A stretch of 64,000 nt of DNA from an uncultured Muribaculum sp. GTDB taxonomy: Bacteria > Bacteroidota > Bacteroidia > Bacteroidales > Muribaculaceae. The stretch spans positions 17,213 to 81,212 of the forward strand of contig CAZLUB010000003.1 of NCBI GenBank assembly GCA_964562595.1. Reading direction: 5' to 3'. The first letter of the stretch is position 1. Each line of letters begins with the position of its first letter. Position numbers and translations under genes: made by a program. Below, piece after piece: positions 56,625-64,000 of this stretch. Under the pieces are notes generated by a model. That model did no database searches and was not told the DNA's origin. It worked only from the letters and a program-made list of their open reading frames with translations.

Positions 56625-57554
56625 ATGTCCGACCGTCACTTCATCACCCCTCCATCATTATCTCCGGGCGACCGCATAGCCATCGTTTCTCCGGCAAGTA
56701 TAATAAATCCTGAGTTTGTCAATGGCGCCATGACCGCATTAGAATCTCAGGGCTGGCATCCCTACGCAAGCACACACTCACTCGGTCGTTCTGGCTCATA
56801 TAGTGGCACTATACAACAACGCAAAGCCGACTTGGTCGAAGCCCTTCTCGATCCGACGACTCGCGCTATCTTCTGCAGTCGAGGAGGTTATGGCATGGTG
56901 CATCTCCTTGATGATAAACTTATCGACTTTATACGTTCTAATCCCAAATGGATTATAGGATTTAGCGACATATCAGCACTTCATGCAGCCGCCTCATGCG
57001 CCGGCGTAGAGAGTTTACACGCATCGATGTGTAAACAATTGACAACACACGGTGTTGACAACTTTTGTAACCAATCACTCTTTAACATACTGCGAGGGCA
57101 GACGCCTCACTACACCGCGCCATGCCATCGACACAACAAGCGAGGTCTCGCACAAGGCCGATTGGTAGGAGGTAATTTAGCTGTGCTATCGGCTCTTATA
57201 GCAACACCCTACGACATGCTTGACACTCCCGATTGTATTCTTTTTATAGAAGATATTGCCGAGCCGATATATAAAGTAGAACGTATACTTTACCAACTTC
57301 GCCTAAGTGGTCGGTTAAGTCGCATCAGAGGACTAATCATAGGCCAATTTACCGAATACCAATACGACCGCAATTACAACAACATGTATGACATGATACA
57401 TGATATGACTAACGACCTAAACATACCCATAGCCTTTAATTTTCCCATTGGACACATAGATGAAAATATTCCCCTTATCGTTTCTCGCAATGCAATGCTA
57501 TCGGTCGACGACAACTGCTCGATTTTGTCATTTACTTCATCAAGCCGACCATAA
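56625..57554 (+). CDS. LD-carboxypeptidase (peptidase S66)
   Basis: 309 aa. 'IIGFSDISALH' is the nucleophile elbow; 'RGGYG'. Confidence 0.82.
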   Translation: MSDRHFITPPSLSPGDRIAIVSPASIINPEFVNGAMTALESQGWHPYASTHSLGRSGSYSGTIQQRKADLVEALLDPTTRAIFCSRGGYGMVHLLDDKLIDFIRSNPKWIIGFSDISALHAAASCAGVESLHASMCKQLTTHGVDNFCNQSLFNILRGQTPHYTAPCHRHNKRGLAQGRLVGGNLAVLSALIATPYDMLDTPDCILFIEDIAEPIYKVERILYQLRLSGRLSRIRGLIIGQFTEYQYDRNYNNMYDMIHDMTNDLNIPIAFNFPIGHIDENIPLIVSRNAMLSVDDNCSILSFTSSSRP

Positions 57555-57611
57555 TAGTTGCAGAAGAGACGATTAAATAGTAATTTTGTACAAAATTCAT
57601 CACTAACTACA

Positions 57612-58898
57612 ATGCTTACAAAATTATTTGGGTTCAACCCCAAGACCATGTCCGTGCGCACAGAGTTGCTTGCCGGCGTGACAACATTCTTTACAATGGC
57701 CTACATCTTGGCCGTAAATCCCAACATCCTATGCGAAACCGGGATGGATAAAGGGGCTTTGTTTTCAACAACTGTATTGATTTCATTCTTTACCACTTTA
57801 TTAATGGCCATATTGGCTAAACTTCCATTTGCTTTGGCTCCGGGAATGGGTTTGAATGCCTTTTTCGCCTACACGGTGTGCATTATAATGGGCTATAGCT
57901 GGCAATTTGCATTGACGGCCGTGTTTATCGAAGGCTTGCTATTTATACTCCTTACAATCACCAATCTTAGAGAAAAAATCGTTTATGTCATACCCGACAC
58001 GCTTAAAAATGCTATTGGAGCCGGCATCGGACTGTATATTGCGTTTATCGGGCTTAAAAGTTCCGGCATTATCGTCAACAACGACGATACGCTTGTAAGT
58101 CTTGGCAACTTGACAAGTGGTGCCGGATTGCTTGGTATAATCGGCATAGTGATAACATCCATATTACTTGTCAAAAAAATCAGTGGCGCTTTACTTTATG
58201 GCATCATTGCCACCACATTAATAGGTATTCCTTTGGGAGTTACTCACTTCGAAGGAATATTTAGCACGCCACCGTCGATAGAGCCAATCTTCTTAAAATT
58301 TGATTGGTCACAAGTATTCACTGCCGACATGATTGCCATCGTGTTCACATTCTTGTTTGTTGACTTATTTGACACAATAGGCACAATTGTCGGCGTAACA
58401 ACCAAAGTTGGCATGGTAAATAAAGACGGCTCAATACCTCGACTAAAACAAGCATTCATGGTCGATGCAATCGGGACAACTCTCGGAGCCGTGATGGGAA
58501 CCAGCACCGTTACTACATTTGTCGAAAGCGCAGCCGGCGTCAACGAAGGTGGGCGTAGTGGATTAACGGCTTTTGCAACCTCCATTTGCTTCCTTTTTGC
58601 ATTGTTCTTTGCCCCATTCTTCCTCTCAATTCCGGCATCGGCCACAGCACCGGTATTAGTGTTGGTCGGACTGATGATGACATCTTCTATTTTAAAAATA
58701 GACTTTAACCACTACACCGAAGCTATTCCGGCATTTATGTGCATAATATTTATGCCTTTGGCCTATAGCATATCCGACGGCATCATTTTAGGACACTTAA
58801 GCTACGTACTAATCAACCTCCTCACAGGCAATTTCAAAAAGCTCAGTCTTGGCATGTATATTTTAGCGGCATTATTTGTTCTAAAATTTGTAATGTAA
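57612..58898 (+). CDS. NCS2 family permease (AzgA-type purine transporter)
   Basis: The start is set at ATG 57612 (MLTKLFGFNPKTMSVRTELLAGVTTFFTMAYI). Multi-TM protein. Confidence 0.85.
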   Translation: MLTKLFGFNPKTMSVRTELLAGVTTFFTMAYILAVNPNILCETGMDKGALFSTTVLISFFTTLLMAILAKLPFALAPGMGLNAFFAYTVCIIMGYSWQFALTAVFIEGLLFILLTITNLREKIVYVIPDTLKNAIGAGIGLYIAFIGLKSSGIIVNNDDTLVSLGNLTSGAGLLGIIGIVITSILLVKKISGALLYGIIATTLIGIPLGVTHFEGIFSTPPSIEPIFLKFDWSQVFTADMIAIVFTFLFVDLFDTIGTIVGVTTKVGMVNKDGSIPRLKQAFMVDAIGTTLGAVMGTSTVTTFVESAAGVNEGGRSGLTAFATSICFLFALFFAPFFLSIPASATAPVLVLVGLMMTSSILKIDFNHYTEAIPAFMCIIFMPLAYSISDGIILGHLSYVLINLLTGNFKKLSLGMYILAALFVLKFVM

Positions 58899-58907
58899 CT
58901 TTCACTC

Positions 58908-59348
58908 ATGAAATACTGGGCAATCATCAACAACCAACAAGTCGGTCCGATGCCAATCGACCAATTGTTGCAATCGGGATTACACCCTGAGACTTTAGTG
59001 TGGCATGAAGGCTTAACTTCATGGCAACAAGCCATAACGCTACCCGAGTTGACCGGATATTTTGTGTACTACACCAATCCTCATTCCACCTCTCCAAAAC
59101 AACAAACGACCGCAGAGACTCCTCCGTGCCCACCCTCTAATTTAGCATGGGGGATAATCTCTACCGTGTTGTGCTGCATTCCATTTGGATTGATATCGAT
59201 TTATTATGCGGCAAAAGTTGAAAGCAAATATGCCGGAGGTGATACAGAAGGAGCAAAAAAGGCATCTGAATCTGCTCTAATTTGGGCTATTGTATCATTT
59301 GTGTGCGGATTGATTACTTTGCCTTTCTACATCATCTGCTCACTGTAA
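58908..59348 (+). CDS. GYF_2 (DUF4339) domain fused to a CD225/dispanin two-TM domain
   Basis: N-terminal 'WAIINNQQVGPMPIDQLLQSGLHPETLVWHEGLTSWQQA'. C-terminal 'LAWGIISTVLCCIPFGLISIYYAAKV...'. Confidence 0.7.
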   Translation: MKYWAIINNQQVGPMPIDQLLQSGLHPETLVWHEGLTSWQQAITLPELTGYFVYYTNPHSTSPKQQTTAETPPCPPSNLAWGIISTVLCCIPFGLISIYYAAKVESKYAGGDTEGAKKASESALIWAIVSFVCGLITLPFYIICSL

Positions 59349-59352
59349 CATC

Positions 59353-59718
59353 ATGACATCACGTCACAAAATACTTTTACTCGCGATAGTAGGGGCAGTA
59401 GTAACATGTATATACTTCTACTTTGACCCATCTGACAATTATTTTCCTCGTTGCCCGTTTCTTATGCTCACCGGATACCAATGTCCGGGATGTGGCACTC
59501 AAAGAGCCATACACGCCTTGTTGCACGGTGATATTGCCAACGCATGGCATTTCAATGCGGCCTTGATGTGTTCATTGCCAATAATTGCCCTACTGGCAGT
59601 CTCCGAGCTAACACGTAAACGTTGGCCCCGATATTACATGATGGTCAACTCAAAATATGCTGTCTGGACAATATTTATTTCTATCGTAGGATGGTGGATT
59701 GGACGCAACATCTTATGA
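59353..59718 (+). CDS. DUF2752 family membrane protein
   Basis: 'CPFLMLTGYQCPGCGTQRAIHALLHGD' is the characteristic Cys cluster. Confidence 0.7.
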   Translation: MTSRHKILLLAIVGAVVTCIYFYFDPSDNYFPRCPFLMLTGYQCPGCGTQRAIHALLHGDIANAWHFNAALMCSLPIIALLAVSELTRKRWPRYYMMVNSKYAVWTIFISIVGWWIGRNIL

Positions 59719-59734
59719 AAATATCTCTCCGCCG

Positions 59735-60571
59735 CTAATAATCACTAAAAAACTCCGGCTTCAACACAATCCCCGCACGCAGATAGGAATGGTGTACATT
59801 ATAATCAAGCAGTCCTTCTCCATATCCATTATAGAATTGTAAAAACAAATAGGGCGTAAAATCTGCCGACGGACGAAATCCAAACTCTATTGACGTATTA
59901 TAATTAAAAAATCCCGAAGCCCGTTTCGTCAACATAATAGAAGCGCGATACCTGTGGTTTCGAGAGAGGAAACTCATCCCCATTTGATAGTAGCCACAAT
60001 AATCAAGAATATCTTTGTTATTCTGACTGTCAATTATCGGAATCCAGGCTTTTCCATGAATCGAAAATGTCGGGTCTATAACAATATTTGCACCCAATGA
60101 CACCTTATTCCACGAGCGCGACCATATGCTATCTTTGCCATTGCTCTCATGTTCGATTAACATCATCAACTTTCCAATATACCGATTCTTCACAAACAAC
60201 GGCTTTGCAATTCCAATACCGGGATTGAAATTCAAATCGACCATTGGCATCGACCTCTCCAAAACATTCCAAAAACACTTCTGTGAATAAAATAGATAGA
60301 GATATGTATTCCAAGGCAATGTGCTTCTTGTGATACGTTGCGAAATCGATATTTGAAATTTTACATTTGTATTTTTAACAGTTGGCTCACGACTGACCGG
60401 AGCGCCAAAAATAAAATAATTATCTTTATATAAACTAAACCACGGACGACTATCATACTCAGCCCTCAGGCTATCGGTATTGAAAGCATCGCCTCGCTTT
60501 GCGACAATCTGTGCATCTACACCCATCATCGACAAAACAAAAACGACCAACAACAATATTCGTTTAAACAT
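59735..60571 (-). CDS. pldA: Outer-membrane phospholipase A1 (OMPLA)
   Basis: The start is set at ATG 60571 (MFKRILLLVVFVLSMMGVDAQ). 'IEHESNGKD' carries the catalytic His-x-Ser. Confidence 0.8.
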   Translation of the reverse strand: MFKRILLLVVFVLSMMGVDAQIVAKRGDAFNTDSLRAEYDSRPWFSLYKDNYFIFGAPVSREPTVKNTNVKFQISISQRITRSTLPWNTYLYLFYSQKCFWNVLERSMPMVDLNFNPGIGIAKPLFVKNRYIGKLMMLIEHESNGKDSIWSRSWNKVSLGANIVIDPTFSIHGKAWIPIIDSQNNKDILDYCGYYQMGMSFLSRNHRYRASIMLTKRASGFFNYNTSIEFGFRPSADFTPYLFLQFYNGYGEGLLDYNVHHSYLRAGIVLKPEFFSDY

Positions 60572-60598
60572 ATCAGATACCGCTTGTATTTTACATTG

Positions 60599-60606
60599 CA
60601 AAGTTA
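60599..60606 (-). promoter_or_regulatory. -7 box TAACTTTG for pldA
   Basis: The + strand reads CAAAGTTA, 28 nt upstream of ATG 60571. It overlaps the longer track start at 60601, which argues against that start. Confidence 0.5.
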
Positions 60607-60694
60607 ACGAGATTAATTGTGTTTAGATAGGAATAAAAGTCTATTTTTGTGTTCTATAACTCAATTTTTTCTTTGACAGACGATGCGTTATGCT

Positions 60695-60702
60695 TAACTT
60701 TG
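60695..60702 (+). promoter_or_regulatory. -7 box TAACTTTG for the DUF4369/thioredoxin-like gene
   Basis: 23 nt upstream of the GTG start at 60725. Confidence 0.5.
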
Positions 60703-60724
60703 CAAGAAAGCTCATTATACGACC

Positions 60725-61759
60725 GTGAAACATCTCAAAAATCTACTCATATTATCAATCGTGGCAATAATTGCCACTGCATGCGGCGATAATACACAAT
60801 TTCGCATTGCCGGCCAAGTCGACGGTTTAGGTACTCAAAATGTACACATGATATATGTTTCGTCAGGAGCCTTGACCAGGCTGACTACAACTGCCGTTGA
60901 CGGAAAGTTTACATTTATTGGAAATTCTCCTGAATACTCCTTAGTGGAAATTCTCACATCCGACAAAAATGTTTTAGGACGAGTTATAATCAAAAACGGA
61001 CAGACCGTAGATGCCCTTTTCAACATCGATGACCCTTATGCTATAAAATTAGAAGGGAACAAGCCTTGTGAACAATGGTCGGCATTTATTCGTGATAACG
61101 CCGATATTCTTAAATCAGGCAATACCCATGAGATTGACGATGCAGTTGAAACATTTGTACAATCACATAAAACCGATATCGTATCATCGGCTCTTATGCT
61201 AACTTTATTTAATGCCACCGATAACGAATCACGTGCCGACTCTATTTTTGCATTAATCTCCCCTGAAGCACGCCCATCTTCCTTGACTGAGGGCTATCGT
61301 TCTCAACTTGCCGACATCAACATAGCGGCACTAAACGCCAAAATAAAGTCATTCAGTCTATACACAGCCGGAGATTCCATCGAGCGTTATTTCCCATCAA
61401 AATCATCTCTATCTCTATTTTATTTCAATGGAGGCATCAGTGAACGGCGCGACACAATATCATCCAAAATCATGACATTAGTCGACAAATACCCACGCAA
61501 ACGATTACGCGCTGTCGAAGTGTCATTTGCCACCGACACCGTCAAATGGAAATATTCAATAAAAGATGACTCTGTAACCTGGCCACAGACTTGGTGTGCC
61601 GGAGGTGCGGCACATCCAACGTTTGACAAACTCAACATTCCACGCACTCCCTACTTTATCGTCGCAGACTCTTCCGGGACTCAACTTTACCGAGGCACCT
61701 CCATCACCAATGCCTCAGCCCTAATCCGACAAAGATTAGACGCCAACCACAAAAACTAA
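60725..61759 (+). CDS. DUF4369 plus TlpA-like thioredoxin-fold lipoprotein lacking the CXXC active site
   Basis: Lipobox 'IATAC'. N-terminal 'FRIAGQVDGLG...DGKFTFIG'. The C-terminal fold pattern 'LFYFNGGISERRD...YFIVADSSGTQLYRG' has NGGIS where TlpA proteins have WCGPC. Confidence 0.6.
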   Translation: MKHLKNLLILSIVAIIATACGDNTQFRIAGQVDGLGTQNVHMIYVSSGALTRLTTTAVDGKFTFIGNSPEYSLVEILTSDKNVLGRVIIKNGQTVDALFNIDDPYAIKLEGNKPCEQWSAFIRDNADILKSGNTHEIDDAVETFVQSHKTDIVSSALMLTLFNATDNESRADSIFALISPEARPSSLTEGYRSQLADINIAALNAKIKSFSLYTAGDSIERYFPSKSSLSLFYFNGGISERRDTISSKIMTLVDKYPRKRLRAVEVSFATDTVKWKYSIKDDSVTWPQTWCAGGAAHPTFDKLNIPRTPYFIVADSSGTQLYRGTSITNASALIRQRLDANHKN

Positions 61760-61767
61760 AGATTGCC

Positions 61768-63315
61768 ATGCTCGTTAAAACATACGGAGCCGCAGTGCAA
61801 GGCATTGATGCCATTGTCGTCACCATCGAAGCCTCGGTGGAGATTGGCGTGTCATTTAATCTCGTCGGACTACCCGACACGGCCGTTAAAGAGAGTTATC
61901 AACGTGTGCTGTCGGCAATAAAGCATAGTGGAAAAGATTTTCCTCGACGAGCCGTAATAATCAACATGTCACCGGCCGACGTTCGCAAAGAAGGTGCCGC
62001 CTACGACCTGCCAATAGCGTTGGGCATACTAGCCGCATCAGAACAGATGAAAGGCAACGAACTTGGTAAATATATGATCATGGGGGAACTGTCGCTCGAC
62101 GGAAGCGTACTGCCCATCAAAGGAGCATTGCCAATGGCCATAAAAGCCCGCGAATTGGGCTATAAAGGCATGATTGTACCACGCGCTAATGTTACTGAAG
62201 CCGCTGTTGTCAACAACCTTGACGTGTATGGCGTTGACACTCTGTCGCAAGTGATATCATTTTTCGACGACACAGAGCAAATAAAGCCGACAATAATCAA
62301 CACTCGGGAAGAATTTAGTCACGCTTCATGTAATTTTGACTTTGATTTCGCCGAAGTAAAAGGACAAGACAACGTGAAACGAGCTTTTGAAGTGGCATGT
62401 GCCGGCGGACACAACATCATGCTTGTAGGCCCTCCCGGCTCTGGAAAGTCAATGATGGCCAAAAGGTTACCTTCGATATTGCCTCCCCTCACTCTCCAAG
62501 AAGCTTTAGAAACAACAAAAATCCATTCTGTTGCCGGCAAACTCAAACGAGGGTCGACTCTTATGACTCAACGACCCTTTCGCTCACCTCACCACACCAT
62601 CTCCCCGGTAGCATTAGTCGGTGGAGGCACAAATCCCCAGCCCGGAGAAATTTCACTGGCTCACAACGGCATCCTTTTTCTTGACGAATTTCCCGAATTT
62701 AGTCGCGGTGTGCTTGAAGTGATGCGTCAACCCCTTGAAGACAGACATATCACAATTGCCAGAGCAAAATATTCAATCGATTATCCGGCCGGATTCATGC
62801 TCGTAGCATCTATGAATCCCTGCCCGTGCGGCTACTATACACATCCCACCAAAGAATGCATTTGCGCTCCCGGACAAGTACAAAAATATCTCAATCGCAT
62901 ATCAGGTCCACTGCTCGACCGCATAGACATGCAAGTGGAAATACAGCCGGTGCCGTTTGAAGAGATTTCTTCACTGCAACAAGGAGAAAGCAGCGAAGCC
63001 ATCAGACAACGAGTCATCAAAGCTCGAGCCATACAGACCGAGCGATACCGCAATGAGCCACACATCCATTGCAATGCTCAGATGAACACCCGAATGCTTG
63101 AACTTTATGCACGCCCTGAAAAAGAGGGACTCGAACGCTTGGAACAAGCCATGAAACGCTTTGACATGTCGGCACGAGCCTACGACCGCATACTCAAAGT
63201 AGCCCGCACCATTGCCGACCTTGACAATTCTGCAACCGTCAAGTCACAACACATACAAGAAGCCGTCAATTATCGCAACCTCGACCGCTCGTCTTGGGGC
63301 AACCGTTCAATATAA
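61768..63315 (+). CDS. comM: YifB/ComM family Mg-chelatase-like AAA+ ATPase
   Basis: 515 aa. Walker A 'GPPGSGKSM', Walker B 'ILFLDEFPEF', plus the C-terminal ChlI-C region. It appears full length. Confidence 0.9.
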   Translation: MLVKTYGAAVQGIDAIVVTIEASVEIGVSFNLVGLPDTAVKESYQRVLSAIKHSGKDFPRRAVIINMSPADVRKEGAAYDLPIALGILAASEQMKGNELGKYMIMGELSLDGSVLPIKGALPMAIKARELGYKGMIVPRANVTEAAVVNNLDVYGVDTLSQVISFFDDTEQIKPTIINTREEFSHASCNFDFDFAEVKGQDNVKRAFEVACAGGHNIMLVGPPGSGKSMMAKRLPSILPPLTLQEALETTKIHSVAGKLKRGSTLMTQRPFRSPHHTISPVALVGGGTNPQPGEISLAHNGILFLDEFPEFSRGVLEVMRQPLEDRHITIARAKYSIDYPAGFMLVASMNPCPCGYYTHPTKECICAPGQVQKYLNRISGPLLDRIDMQVEIQPVPFEEISSLQQGESSEAIRQRVIKARAIQTERYRNEPHIHCNAQMNTRMLELYARPEKEGLERLEQAMKRFDMSARAYDRILKVARTIADLDNSATVKSQHIQEAVNYRNLDRSSWGNRSI

Positions 63316-63332
63316 AAGCCTCAACAGATTGC

Positions 63333-64000
63333 TTAATCTTGTAGCAATTTCAATATTACACGGTTTGCATTATCTATTACCATATTGTCTAACGAAGCAA
63401 GATATATACGCGTCGTAGACTCCGAATCATGTCCAAGGCTCTCACTGATTACCGACAACGGGATATTTTTACTATGCGCTATACTCGCCCAGGTATGACG
63501 AGCGACATACATTGTCAGTGGCATGACAAGCCCCAATCGACATCCGATCTTTTTAAGCCCATAATTAACTCTATGCAATGCATAAACATATTGCATGCGC
63601 TCTTCAATCCAAACATTTGCAGGATTGATTATTGGCAACAGATAAGGAGATTGTGAAACTTTATATTTATTCACCAATTCCTGCATGCAACTCTCCCATT
63701 TTATACATAGGAGTTGTCCCGTTTTGCGACGACGATATGACAAAATACCATCTTTCAAGTCCTTTTTACGCAGATAAGCCATGTCGACAAACGACATTCC
63801 CCGAGTATAAAATGAAAACATAAACATGTCTTTAGCAAAGTCCATAAACGGCTTGTTTGACAGGTTTAATGCCTTGATTTGCTTTATCACCTTTACCGAA
63901 ACAGCTCGTTTGATGGTTCGATCGACACCGGTATAGACATATTTAAAAGGATAACGCTGAATAGTCAATCCCCTATCGACAGCCCGATTATAAACAGCTC
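63333..64000 (-). CDS. Tyrosine-type site-specific recombinase/integrase, C-terminal ~220 aa; the N-terminus runs off the right window edge
   Basis: Catalytic signature 'ARHTWASIA' (R..H) and 'LGHDSESTTRIYL' (H-x-x-R/T...Y). The frame stays open upstream of the track's TTG through base 64000 (..AVYNRAVDRGLTIQRYP..). Confidence 0.85.
   Translation of the reverse strand, partial: AVYNRAVDRGLTIQRYPFKYVYTGVDRTIKRAVSVKVIKQIKALNLSNKPFMDFAKDMFMFSFYTRGMSFVDMAYLRKKDLKDGILSYRRRKTGQLLCIKWESCMQELVNKYKVSQSPYLLPIINPANVWIEERMQYVYALHRVNYGLKKIGCRLGLVMPLTMYVARHTWASIAHSKNIPLSVISESLGHDSESTTRIYLASLDNMVIDNANRVILKLLQD

Noticed and set aside
1-64000. CRISPR arrays, rRNA operons, IS elements, reverse transcriptases, toxin-antitoxin pairs or other defence islands
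   Set aside because: By eye I found no regularly spaced direct repeats, rRNA-like sequence, transposase ORF or RT motif. Apart from the edge integrase and the decayed NERD gene, the content is core housekeeping. An exhaustive computational repeat search was not possible here.

Overview
This 64 kb window looks like core chromosome from a Bacteroidales (Bacteroidota) bacterium. The evidence is that nearly every transcription unit is preceded by the Bacteroidota -7 promoter box TAnnTTTG. Gene content also fits the phylum: DUF3822-rsmD, DUF4254-GT9, psd-pssA-DUF4834, and phylum-typical GyrB and ParC N-termini. I call 63 protein-coding genes (two truncated by the window edges, one frameshifted) and 3 tRNAs: Pro-GGG, Lys-CTT and Ala-GGC. 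Most genes are housekeeping. They cover translation (gltX, glyQS, tsf, rpsB, rpsI, rplM), DNA topology and repair (parC, gyrB, ruvB, comM/yifB), nucleotide and amino-acid metabolism (tdk, purN, glnA, aspC, rpiB), and envelope and LPS functions (waaA, MsbA-like exporter, GT9, GT4, Wzx-like flippase, psd, pssA, OMPLA). There are also scattered glycoside hydrolases (GH127/146-like, GH43, GH31) with no SusC/D partners. Using the promoter boxes and family N-termini, I shortened about ten over-extended ORF-track starts. I also added two genes the track missed: a partial argR at 1-346 and a 58-aa winged-helix ORF at 21898-22074. I do not see a convincing new multi-gene system such as a defence island, CRISPR array or biosynthetic cluster. 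The most unusual signals are five. First, a ~200 bp AT-rich non-coding element bounded by three copies of a 15-nt motif, with its own consensus promoter, between the convergent suhB-like and rnr genes. Second, a frameshifted NERD/zinc-finger nuclease-like gene. Third, a tyrosine recombinase abutting comM at the right edge, probably the start of an integrated element. Fourth, a metal ABC operon with no permease. Fifth, a second promoter plus hairpins upstream of tdk. All family names rest on motifs I read in the translations; no database search was run.
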